64,000 bases of DNA from Candidatus Kaiserbacteria bacterium (GTDB lineage: Bacteria; Patescibacteriota; Minisyncoccia; Phycocordibacterales; UBA2100). The stretch spans positions 31,954-95,953 of the forward strand of contig JAHFMV010000001.1 of assembly GCA_023267655.1 (NCBI GenBank), written 5' to 3'. This document shows positions 47,790 through 60,500 of the stretch, piece after piece. The first letter of the stretch is position 1, and each line of letters opens with the position of its first letter. The translations under genes and the position numbers were made by a program. The notes beneath the pieces are model-generated. The model did not search any database, was not told the DNA's origin, and worked only from the letters and a program-made list of their open reading frames with translations.

Positions 47790-47820
47790 CTCATATGGAA
47801 AAGCAGTGCGTCGATGTTCT

Positions 47821-48189
47821 CTAGTTCTTGTTTCCGAAAGTCCGAATACGGCCCGGTTCAATGATGAAGCCGTTGCCTCGCAAAGATTCCGGAGTCTGAC
47901 GTCCGAAGAATTCCTTACATTCGCGGATCAGGGACTCTCGACTAAAATTCTCAACATATACGATGATGAGACCTGCCGTGTCAGCGGGATCGAATGTACG
48001 GATGTCACCGAAACCATGATCGGAAGTAAACAGGATCAATTTGTGCTCACGTGCATGCTGAAAGATCGTCGGATCTGGTGCCGTGGCCAGTTCGATGTCG
48101 CCGGTGTACGTCAGATCAATGTTGGAAAGTTCTCGCAGCGCGTCCCGCAAATCGCGGTTGATACACTGGTCCGCGAGGACGTGGAGCAT
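47821..48189 (-). CDS. DUF5615 PIN-like toxin (VapC45-like)
   Basis: LADQCI, APDPTIFQHARE, LFTSD..FG. Confidence 0.8.
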   Translation of the reverse strand: MLHVLADQCINRDLRDALRELSNIDLTYTGDIELATAPDPTIFQHAREHKLILFTSDHGFGDIRTFDPADTAGLIIVYVENFSRESLIRECKEFFGRQTPESLRGNGFIIEPGRIRTFGNKN

Positions 48190-48195
48190 ACCGCG

Positions 48196-48429
48196 TTAGG
48201 CGTGCGCAACACGGGCGAGAATCTGAGCGGGGCTCTCAAGAACGCCGCTCGCGAACTCGATTGCGGCATCGACGTCTTCTTTAGTAATGCCTTCATATTG
48301 TCCGGGAATTTCGTCGAGAGCATAACCGGCGCGGATAAGATTGAGAATATCGGCAACCGCGATGCGCGTCCCACGGATCGTAGGTTTCCCAAAGCGAACG
48401 TCTCCATTGATGGTGATGCGTTTGTTCAT
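48196..48429 (-). CDS. DUF433 antitoxin (VapB45-like)
   Basis: RFGKPTIRGTRIAVADIL...EDVDAAIEFA; TATACT 7 nt before ATG. Confidence 0.9.
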   Translation of the reverse strand: MNKRITINGDVRFGKPTIRGTRIAVADILNLIRAGYALDEIPGQYEGITKEDVDAAIEFASGVLESPAQILARVAHA

Positions 48430-48596
48430 GGCAGGAAGTATAGCATGCGCTCAGGTGTACAACAAAGGCTTCTCAGCTGTGTGGTTGGACAATGGAGACT
48501 TAAACAGATACAAAATCCGACATTCGGGATAACGCTCTCAACACCCCACAGAACCTGCGCCATTTTGCGGCATAAAAACGTACTACAATACGAGTA

Positions 48597-51500
48597 ATGA
48601 TAGGCGCGAACAGGGCCGCGTATTTTTGTGTGGGTGCAACTCTCTTTTTTGCTGTTTTTTGTGCATTCATTTTAATTTCAGGAACAGTGGATGCGCTTGG
48701 GACCGCGAGCGGAAGTGCGGGTAGCGGAGCGGATAAAACATGCAAATGGAATCCGACGACAAAAAAGTACGAAGATAACGGATGTATTGCAGAAAAAGGG
48801 AAGTGTAACGACAAAGGAAAATGTGAACTGCAAAAAGATTCAGGAGGGGCTGCAAACTGCAAAGACGCTGCAGGGCAAACTGGCTGCGGAGGACTTAATC
48901 AACCCGGGAGCGTGCAGCCCGCGAGCCAACCTTCAACGCTTCAACCAACTCCGTCGATTTTGGACAATCCGCTCCCGCCGCAACCCTCGACAATTGATCC
49001 GACAAAGGCATTTAATGACTCGAGCGCATATAACGATCCAAACGCTTTGACTCCGGCGACAGAAAACAAACCTATCTGGCAACGCGCATGGGACTATCTG
49101 ACCAAGCCTCAACCCGTACCCGCGTCTCCGGGTTATATCAACGGATCTGAAGATTTTGGTGCGCCATCAGGTAGTGATGCGAAAACGTTGCAGCCGGTGA
49201 ATCCGCTGGACGCAAACGACCCGCGAAATCAACTCGTCCCTCCGCCTGGGCAACAAGGAAGCACGTTCGGGCCCGATGAATCTGGGATGATAACTGGTTC
49301 AAATGAAATAGCTGATGCATCGTACCTGGATCGGATTGAAAAGAAAATAGCCGATTCCGCGGAGAAATTCGTTAATTGGCTGACAGCACCGGCCGAGCCG
49401 GTGTACGGGCCGACGGACTCGGGGGAGCAATTGAAGCAGTCTCCATTTCCGCAGCGAGAAGTATATCAAGACGCCGATGGAATGTTCAGGTATCGAGATA
49501 CGGGCGAGCTTGCCTCGGAAACAGACGTGGCACGAGTGCCTTCGGAAACATCCAAACCCTTTGAAACTCGTCCGCCGGAAGAGCTTACAAAACCATACGA
49601 CGATGCAGTCGATAAACTTCGGGGTGCGCGGGAGAAATATGTCGACGAATTAAAAAAGATTGAAGGGTATCAGAAACAAGCCGAAGCTGATGCGGCGAAG
49701 CTTCAAGCGATGAAAGATAAAGGAACCCAGACGGTACCCTACGAAGGAGGTGCAACGAAGAATATAAATGATGCAATCCGAGACAACAATGCACGACTCG
49801 AGCGTATCGCGAATGCTTATAACGATGTCGACGGCCGCATTAATGGGATCGATGATCGTATTGATGCGGCAGCAGTCGGTAAGCAAGATGCAATAGATCG
49901 ATGGGGAGCACTTCAGGACGGAACGAAGCCAACGCTCGCTTCCGAGGTTAATGCCGCGGCGTTTCGGGCTCTCGATAAAATGACTGCAGATTTGAATGCA
50001 CAATATCCTGACGAAATGACCGGATCGGTATCGCCGGAAGGATACAATAAATTACAAGAAGGCTTGCAAAAGGTGGAGACGCTTCGCGAAGTTGTTGCTG
50101 CTCCACCAGGTAATCGACCCGACATCGTTCTTCAAGTAGAACGATTCAAATACAGCGCCTATTTTGCGGAAGCGCAGCAGAACGCGAAAGAACTCCAAGC
50201 AGAATATAATCGATTGACAGCACTCGATGGTCTTGAAGGGGGATCATCACCGGAAACGCTACGCGCAAAAGCCTCGCTCGCGGCGGCGCAAGAAGATTTA
50301 AAACAGCGAACCATCATGGCGGTCGGTGTGAGCGAGCTCTCGCGACAATATCAGGATTTGCAAGGAGCAGCGCTTGCAGCAGCACAAGGTACAGATTCTA
50401 AGGTCCTCGAAGATATTCAGGCAAGAATGGCAAAAATCGAATCAGTCATTCCGCAACTCCAGATGGGAGATATTGCGCCCGATCCGCGGTACGCGGAACT
50501 CCAAAAACAACTGCAACTTGAAGCAGAAAATATTTCGAAAATCGCTAACGCATCATCGTTTCAACCTGATGGGAGTATTTTACCCTCGTCTGACCTTGCT
50601 GATGCGCAAAAAAGGCAGGCTGACCTACAGGCGGAGTTAAAAAGTATAAACGGAACTCTGTACAATCGGTTAGAGAATTTAGCCGTGGGTCGCGCATTGG
50701 AAGACGCGCGTGTTCAGCAGGTTCGGTACGAATTTGGAAATGCGGCAAACGCACCAAGCCTCAAGGATCCGACGGCACTGAAGGCATCGGATTGGTATAC
50801 TCTCGCGGGAATTTCAGGTAATCAGGTAGGACATATTGCAGACAGACTCTCGGACATTGCCACCAATGACGCCGTAACAATACTTCAGCACAATCCCTTC
50901 GAATTTAACACTGGCAATAAGTTCCTCGATTTCTTTGCAAATCAACCAGCTGGAATTTACGAATCATTCGCAAATGTCTTTTCACTTGGCAAGTTGTCGA
51001 CGGATCCGGCGCAACAACTTGGGTTGTATACGGGCACGGAACAAGCTATCAAATACGGTATTGATGGGGTAAATGTCGGACTGACCCCGTTTCTCATACG
51101 CGACATTGCGGCTGTTACTGTCGGTCTTGGTAGACTTGGTTACGAAGGCTTGGCTGCCCGACTTGGCACCGAGGATTTGAGCGCGCTTGAAATTGCCTCA
51201 GCTGCGGATGCTCGACTTCTCGGAGAAAATCTCGCGCGAGCAGAAACACGCGTGCTGGATTCGACGGGGCTAGCTGATTACGGCGCGAACGTTGCCGCGC
51301 GTGATCTTGCCGTGCAAGAGCTTAAACAAGCAAACCTCGGGCTCAGCGTAAAAGGCGACGTTGTCGATCTGAATACAGGCCAGACGCTCTCGTTCCGCGA
51401 TGCAGCGGGCCGATATTCGGAAATAGGATCTGCGGAAGCTGATGCCGTCGCAGCCCTCCGAACCGAAGAACTTCGTCCATCGGTATTCTCAAAAGACTTT

Positions 51501-54500
51501 TATACAAACTTGTCAAATGACGTCAGAAACTTTTTTGCAAAGCCCACCGACGAGCAGTTACTGGCAAATGCAGAGACTCGTGTACAGTCGCTAGAGCGAA
51601 TGAATACAGAACTCGACAAGCGAGCAACGATTGTGGAAGGGAATCGTGGGAAAGCTACGGAACAGGCGACCGATACGCTGAGGTCAGATCCAAAGTTTAC
51701 GCCAGATCGGCAGCAAGTAAGAGATATTGCCCGTCGCGATGCGGAATTGACCAGTGCGCGCTTAAAAGAGATTGAGGCACAAAAGATTGCAAATAATGAA
51801 GCACTTGTTGGTGCCCGAGAGGAATTGGCGCGGTTGCAAAAGCTCGCAGAATCACGGCAACCATCAACAGCACCGGTGCGTGATACCGCCGAACGAACAG
51901 AATCAGCGGCCGGCAGGCCTGCGGCGTCTGTCGAACCATCGTCTCTGCCTCCAACACGGTTGCAGCAATTTGCAGGCGATGTACGTGCATATCTTGCCGA
52001 TCGGATTCCAACACCACTGCAAAACGCATGGGCCGCGGCTCGTGACTGGTATGCGAATGCTTCTCTGGTCCCTAGACCTTCAGGCGGTTTTGCACGTGTA
52101 TTAAATATTGGGGCACTTGCGTCGCAGTTGTTAGGTACGCCACTGCCCGGACTCGCGGCACGAGAATCGACATCGCTTGGTCAGAGCGCGAGTAGAGTAG
52201 TTACTACACAAACTGGCCGCGAAGTATTTTCTGGAGGACGCGTAGTCATTGAACGGCAAATTTCTCCTTTTGATTTTGGTGCAGAATTTCGAGAACCGGT
52301 GGCTCCGACGGTACGGATAGGTGAGCTAAGCGACGTCACGACTCGACCGGTAGGTGAGCTGAGAGAGACGCCACCGGTTCGCAATGGTGATTCTTTGTCT
52401 CCGTCAGAAAATGCGCCGACTGCTCTTGAAAACGGTGCAGTACCGCGAGAAGTGCTTCCGGGAACACAGATTTCTGTTGACCAAGTAACACCTGCACCAA
52501 TACAGTCTCCCCCCACGTCTCCCTTTGCGATTGTCGCGCCAGCACTTACGGCGAATCCATTTTCGAATCCAACGGATTCGGCTGCCCCTTCGACAGTAGA
52601 TTTCACCACTGGAATTGATATTGCCCGCGGGCTGCCGTCAAATCCGTTCCTTTCGATTGATGGTTCCACGGTCCATATCGATATTCCAACAAACGTAAAT
52701 TCGCGAAGCGTTTCGCCGTTCTCGCTTGCTATTGCACCCGGAATTGTTCTCGCACCGATACCTGCGGCGCCCGCGCCCGTAGTTAACCCGAGAAATTCAG
52801 AGGATCAAGTGGCGCCAAACGGGCCTCAAGTTCCTGCAGCACCTGCGCCTCAAGCCAGCCGAAATGGTTCGCCAGCCCCTTCTCAAATCGCACCAACCCC
52901 CGCCGCAAATCTTGCCCCGCCCGTTCCTTCGTCGATTGCTCCCGTCACTAATCAACCAGTTCTCCTCGCACGGCGACTTGCGAATTGGTGGAATAACACA
53001 CCTCAAACGGGTGCAAATCCGACCCCACAATGGATACGGGAACTGATCTTTTATGCGACAGAACCCTATCACTACTATGGGGCCGATCAGATCAGTCTGA
53101 ACAACGCGATTCTAGGTATCACTTCAGGCCAACATTTCACCCTGTCTCCCGATTTTTATAAAAACGACAAATCTCTCGGGAGGAATACGCCGGAATATGT
53201 ACAAGGTCTTCTTGACCCATGGCGAGTATATCTGGGACTGCCGCAGCTTTATGGCACGTTGTCTGTATCGCAGTTTAAGCCGACTGTTAATTCAGGCGAC
53301 CAACAAAATAAGCAATATTACAAAATCAATAACTTCCTGGATAATTACGCAAAAAATAGCACCATATCACAGACAAGTGCAGAAGCCATTAAAATAATGG
53401 TCAACCAAGTCCAGCTATTTGGTAAAAAGACCGGTACAGGGCTTTCAGTTATTGAAAATGATTTCGGCCAAAGCGGAATTATGGGTGGCTATACTCTTTC
53501 GCTCGGCGAAGATGCCAGTGGGAAATATATTTCGTACTACGACAATTGGAAACTGGCATCGAGCGATGGAAGGGGTTCCCTTGAAGGCACAAGCGGCCTC
53601 GTCGGCACGCCATTTGAAATCTACGACCGCATTTATTACAACCCCGACACCTTTGAACCGATCACCGATGTAAATCTCGCAAAAGCGACGGCGGCTGATA
53701 CCGCACTTCTTGCCTCCGGCGACTTCGGCGTCGGCGCCGCACAGCCTGCGACAACTATTGCAACACTCCCGATGCAAACTCTGTCATTCCTCCCGATTCT
53801 GCAAGCTGTTACGCAACCACTCACCTCGGCCGTGGGAAATATATTTAAAATCCTCGCCAACAACGTCATCTCAACCCCCGCCCAAGGTCAGCCGGCACAA
53901 ATCAACGCGAACAATGCATTTGCTCTTGCAAAACCAACGGACGTGGCGCAGTTGAATCAGTATCTGGTGAAAAGTCCGCTCGGACTTCTGGGCGGAAGAC
54001 TTGAAGCAGGGATGGGCGAAGCGGTTAGTATAAGAATAAATCCGACACCCAATCGATGGAATGCGAGCATGGGAGATTACGGCCAATATATTGCAAATGT
54101 TCTTAGAGCAGCCGGCGATCCGCAAGCGAGCTATAATCCATCGACACAAAGACTCACGCTATCGCGAGGTCTCAACAACATTACCGTCACGGGGCTGTTG
54201 AGATTTGCAACGGCACTTAAAGATCAGGGAATCACCTTCGGTCTTCAAAATGCCTTTCGTGACGAGGCGGCGCAGCGAGCGGCGGGAAGCGATCCTGCTG
54301 TCGCGAGCGATCATCCGCTTGGCAGAGCAGCCGATGCTGATTTGCGTTGTAATTCCTGCAAGGGCACCCAAGGATCTTCGGAATGGAAGACCGACTTTGA
54401 AAAGCGAATCATGAAAGCCGCGATTACTGCCGAGGTTCAACAAATAGACATGTACGGTTTTGGTGTTAGAGATACGAGTCTTGGCGCGAAAAATCTTGTG

Positions 54501-57500
54501 TATGCGGTGCATGTGGGGTGGAGTGAGTTTAGAAACGGTGGCATCGAGTCGACAGGCGCATTCGCAAATACGCATCGCAATGGATATGCGGGGGCGCAAG
54601 TGGGAGTGCCGGGGACGCTCTCCGGCGCAACGGCGCAAGATCCAGAAGCGCAAGCACTGTGGAAACAACTGAATGACGCATCGCGTTTGCCAAAAGATTC
54701 AGCGTCATTATATGCGGCGATACAAAAACAAGATGCAACACAATTAGTCGCTCTGCTTTCAAAGCAGCCGAAACCGATACAGCCGACGTATGCCAGTTTC
54801 TTTAGACCTTCTTCAGCTCCGAAAAGTGCATATGATAAGGCGATCGACCTGGGGTACAACCTTAGCGGAATGAAAGATCTCGTCATTGATCCTGATGGGT
54901 TTGCACGCAATGGCACATTTCGTATGAGCCTCATTAAAGCCGCGGTCGGTCTCGACGGACTGAATGGTGTGAAAGTAGGGCAAGGTGGCGAAAAATACGT
55001 GAAATTCAAAACGCCGGGTCAAGGTCTTGCGGCAGATGTGATTTTGACTCAAGGGTATATTGCGATCGGCCTCAATACGCCACGCAAGATTGCAATGGGG
55101 GGGTACCTAGCGTCTGATCCGGACCATCCTGTTTCTGAAGCTGATATGCCAAAAGAAATAGTAGCATATCTTACGCGACTGAAAACAGGCGGAGGCGAAC
55201 CAGACGTAGTCCTAGATCCAAATAATCTCGATCAGCTTATCCGTAATGCCGATGCACGAGCGTGCGCTGAAGAAGGACAGTTCGGTTTTTGCACTGGTTC
55301 GATTCGTTCGGCAGCGGATAAGGAAGAAGCAAAGAAAATAGTTGCACGCGCAGCGGTCATAACGCAGTTACAACCCGAGTTTACGCCGAACGCGATTCCA
55401 AAGGGTCCCGTTGCTGCTGCGCAATTGCCACAATTGAAGCCCGCGACTATCGCGGCTCTCGATGGTAAGCCGACACAGCCGGCTGGTCCGCAAGTGACCG
55501 AGTCAAAAGCAAAAGCGGCAGCCGATGCAGGGGTTGCAAAAAAAGCGGCTGAGGCAAAAGCGGCTGCAGACGCAAAAGCGGCGGAAGGGGCGAAAATTCT
55601 TGCCGATGCGGCGGCGAAACCAAGCTTGCGCGATCGTGCAAAGGAAATTGCAGAGCGAATTGATACGAATGAGCAAAAAGCAAAACTCGCGAATAATGCA
55701 AAGACATTTACCGACCTTGGTATATCCGCAAAGATGATCACGAACAGCCCGTGGCAGACGACACTCATGTCAACGTATGGATATACGGGAGATCGCAGCG
55801 CGGGATCAATAAAGACTGCATCGGGTGTGATACGAAACAACACTTTATACTCTGTTGCTCACAAGACCCTCGACTTTGGCACAATCCTTGAAGTAGAACG
55901 CGAAGCTGGAGGAAAAGTATATATTGAATTAGCGGTGGTCAACGAACGCGGACCATACGTCGCGGGGCGCGGATTAGACGCAGTGCCCGCATTTTCAAAA
56001 GCAATGGGACTTTCTGGCGATCGCAACGCTGACGTCGTTGAAGTGCGATTTCGCATCGTGGGGCAACTTGTTGGATCCGGATATAGCAACAGTATCGCTG
56101 GCTTCAAGCCCGAACAGTCGAAACAATTGATCGCCGGTCTCCAGCTCGGTCCTTCTGCCCCCAACCTCCCCGGGGAAAGGGTTGCGGAAAAAGCTCGTGA
56201 GACGGTGCCGAAGGTTGTGGAAGTTGCGAAGCGGGAAATCGGAAAGATTGCGGGGATTGCGCGACCGGCCTCACCGTCGCGCTCGGCGACGCCGGACATT
56301 TCGGTTGTGACGCCTGTTCTCACCCGCGTTGTACAGCAAGGTGTTGATGCAGGAAAATTGCCGACGGACTTAATCGTTTCGCTCGATAATGGAGCACTGC
56401 GCGGGCTCTCGGCTTCCAAACCCGATCTCACATTCACTTTTGACGTGCGCGGTGCGAGTGCCGGCCAATCAATCGCGAAATCACAATGGGAATTTGCTCG
56501 CAATTATTCCAGCGACGCATCGAAGCCCGAAGGCCGTATTTACAGCAAAGATGAATACAACCAATTTGTCGCACAAATACAAAAAGATGGTGGTCCGAGC
56601 CTGATCTCATTTGATAGCTTGCCGCCGGCCGCACGACAACTCGTTGGCACGACTCCAAAAAGTCTTGGTGGTGTAAAGCTCGGGCTAAGCAAAGAAGCGA
56701 TTGTGAAGCAGTCAGCAGTGTATTTTGCTATACAGGAACTTTCTGGAAAGAAAGTAGCCATCGGACCGTCGATGCTTCGCCCTGACGTGAATACGTACAG
56801 CAGCAGGCAATCTGCACATGGTCCCTTGGATTCGAATCCTCGTTCGCGATTTACCGCGATGGATCTCTTCATAGCACCGGAATATATGGATACGGCGATC
56901 CGGCTCGCGAACAATATTGGTATCCGCGGTATCAATATTTATGACGGTACGTATGATCAAGTTGGGCCGGGGTACAAACAAATTCATCTCGATATGGGTT
57001 CCGTATGGACAGGTACCGCGAGCCGTACCTATAGCGACTTGAAAATCCGCACGATGCTTCTCGCGCATGCTGCGGGTCAGAAACTCTCACTTTCGGACCA
57101 AGTCGTCGCATACATCAACAACAGCAAGCCAGTGCCTGCAAGTGCGCAGCAGATTGTCGTACTACAATCGTCTATCTTGGCAGGAAAATCGATCGTTGCT
57201 GGCTTGAGGCCATCGAGTGCCGAAGTCTTTACGTACACGCTCGCGGCAGATGATCCTGCGCTCGCACAAGGTGTGCTCGCGGCAAAGGCGCCAGCTTCGG
57301 GAACGCCCGGTAATCCACTTTCCATCGCATCGCTTGGCGATTATCTGAAAGCCAAAGACATTGCTTTCACTGAAATAAAACCTGATACTGATGGCAGTTT
57401 GATTGTGATTTTGCAGAATGGTACTCAAATCCCCGTGCAGCAAACGGCGGCAGCAACACAAGCCATTACACTCGAGCCAGAAAAGAATTATTCATTGAGT

Positions 57501-60500
57501 TATTTGCGTTCATTGAATCAGCCTAGCTTGAAACTTTTCCTTTCCGCCGCGAATGGCGTGTCGGGTGATCGGTTTATCAACGGACGAATGCTAGGTGTCG
57601 TCATGCCGATTATCGCTGAATACAATACGAAATTTGGCTCTCCGCCGATTATCAACGGTATCGGCCGCAGCCCCGCGGTTAATTCGGCAGTCGGCGGTGC
57701 TTCTAACAGCGATCATCTCACTGGTCGTGCGATCGATTTCAAGACCGTTGATCAGCCATCCGATCGAGTCGCCGCGCTTATTAGCATGCTACGAGCGAAA
57801 AACATTGATCTCATCACAAGGACGCACGGACAAGGTCCGCATACGCACGCTTCTCTGCGACGGGCACCGACTGTACAAGAGCTGGCAAACTTAAGGTTCC
57901 AAACATCGGCGCAACCACAATATGCACTCATTAATCCATCCACCAACCAAACCATCGCAAGCTTCACGCCGAAAGACCTTGTCGCACGACCAGTTGTGGT
58001 TGTCGCAGGCTCTGGTGCACCATCGGTAGCGCCACAATCGCCTGCGATCGCATGGCTGACGCAACGCGGAAATATCATTGCGAAAAATTTGAATACCGTG
58101 CGAAGCGCTGTAGGGCTCGGCGGATCATCGGCACCAGCGCAGACTGCACAGAATGTCCCGCCGCAAACACCGCAACCACAACAAGTCGCGCAACCGACAG
58201 TCGTCAAATCCGAGTTTAATACAAGTTTTACGAGCGCGCCCAAAGCAGGCCATCCCGTATTCCTTTCTGCACCCGCTGGCCTCAATCCGAACCAGAAAAT
58301 ACTCAAAGTAGTCTATTTGCACGGCGACCTTGAATCGACATTTCCACTCACTATCGTACGACAACGCGTATCCGAACAGGTCGTTGGCTCTGATTTGAAT
58401 GCGGTGGCAATTGCTCCGTATTTTGGTTCCACCGTTGCAAATAACGTCGGCCGATTTGATGGACAGGGAGCGTTTAAGAGTTTCCTTGCAGAATCGGATC
58501 AAAAACTTGCTGCCTTGACCGGTCTTCCTGTCAGCGCGTTTTCCGGAGGTCCGGTCGTCATTGTTGATTACAGCGGTGGATACGGGCCGCTTGGGGCGGT
58601 GATTGCTCGCGGTGATGCCAATGATCTCGTGCAAGGAATCATCATGATGGACGCGGGGTATGGGGTGAAAACAACACTCCCGGCGGTCGCGGCGTGGGTC
58701 GCACAGAACCCGTCGAAATTCCTCGTCAGTGCCTACACCGGATCAACCGCAAGCGGAAATGCCGTTTTGAAGAACTTGTTGGGGAACAAACTTACCACGA
58801 CCGCTGCGCTTCCGGCAGGCGAGACTATGAGGCCTGGTACGGTTGCCGTGATTAAGGCGCAGGGAACTTCGCTTACGCCGCATCGGAATTTCGTTACGAC
58901 GGCGGGCGTGACGACGGGAGGAAAAGAAGATCCGATCACCGCGCTCTTGAAGATTCTCCCCGCATCGAGCGGCGCCGTCGCGCGTGCGCCTACCCCGCCG
59001 TCGAGCGAAGTTGCTGTCGTCAAACCACCAGCACCGGCGCCAATACAAGCCGGTGGTGCTCTGCCTGCGGCGAGACCACCGACTGAAGGGCAAGCGCCGA
59101 CTCTTTTCGAGCAGATGTATACCTGGTGGCTGCATTCGCGTGACGTGTGGAATGAGAAAATAATGAGTCGCCTTGCACGTGCGCCGCAGGCTCCAGTGGC
59201 ACAAGCGCCTACACCACAAGTGGTAACGCCTGCGCCAACAGCACCTGCTCCTTTGCCACTACCTACGGCGCCTGCAGCGAAACCCGCACCGACCGCACCG
59301 GCAGCAATTCCCGCGCAAAAACCAGCCGCTCAAACGCCGGCGAAAGGGAACGCAAATACGCAGGCGCTTCAAGAACAGATCACCATTGCGCAACGCGCAC
59401 TTGAAGCTCTCCGCGCGGCACGAACGGCAAGTCAAGGTTCGCAAACTCAAGCGGTAGCTCAACAGGCTCGAAGCGCAGCCGCGCAGCTCATCACCGCGAC
59501 CGACAAGATTGCAAAAAATCCGGAAGTTTCTGTGCTCTCACGCGACGCACTCCGTGTTCAACAACAATCAATGACCACGAATCGTGGAACGCTCGAGGGT
59601 GCCGTTTCGGCCGGAAATATTTCTGGTGCACAACGCGCCGCCGACCGTATTGATTCCGCAGCGACACAATTCCTGACGACTGCACGAAGCGCCGCGCAAG
59701 CAGCTGCATCGCGAGCACAGTTGCAAGCAACAGCCGCAAAGGTACCCGGTACAATACTTGTCTTTGCGGGTACTCCGGCAAATGCATATGACACGGTGAC
59801 GCGACGCTTCAACACAGTTGCACCAGTCATTGTCTCACCGTTTGGGTACGCTTCTTCGATCGAGTCTGCATATATCGCGTCTCTCGGCGCCCGACAACTT
59901 CGATATGGAGAAAATGCATCGCTTGAGCAACAAGTTGCTGTCGCGCGAGCACGAGAGATGGGGTTAGAGTTTATGATGAAGCGCTACTTCGGGATCTCCT
60001 CAATTGCTGAAATGCCTCTTTCACCAATTAACGGATACTATTTAAGTGCCGAGCGAGCGGATTATCTCGAGGCGCGAGCAGAGAGGGTCAATTTGGAAAT
60101 ACAACGCACCCAAGGGGAAATACAAGCATTGACACTATTGCCGCAGCGCTTCACCGACCCCGTCTTGCGCGCGCGCTTTGATGCGCTTGCAAACCAATTG
60201 GCAGCACAGGAAAAAGATTTGGCAGATACCGAAGCGATGAAGACGCTCGCGTATGAGAATTTCCTCAAGGAACGTGCGAAGAAATTCAGTTCGCGTGCAG
60301 ACTTACTTTCGAAAATCCAGATACGGAATGCCGATTTGGAAGAACGTATCGGGATTGGGTATCAAAATATTAATGTGAAGATCGCCCAATTTGACTTGTC
60401 AACGAAAGCAACCATTGTCGATGTTCAAATTGACCGCGATATTCTCAAGCGTGTCGACGAAGGTACATTAACGCTTGGGCCTGTAAACCAATCAAGCGAC

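Noticed and set aside
46848-48670. CRISPR array or integron attC array
   Set aside because: Only three long repeats, spaced by whole genes; they match the giant gene's own promoter and start; no cas or intI, no attC R/L boxes
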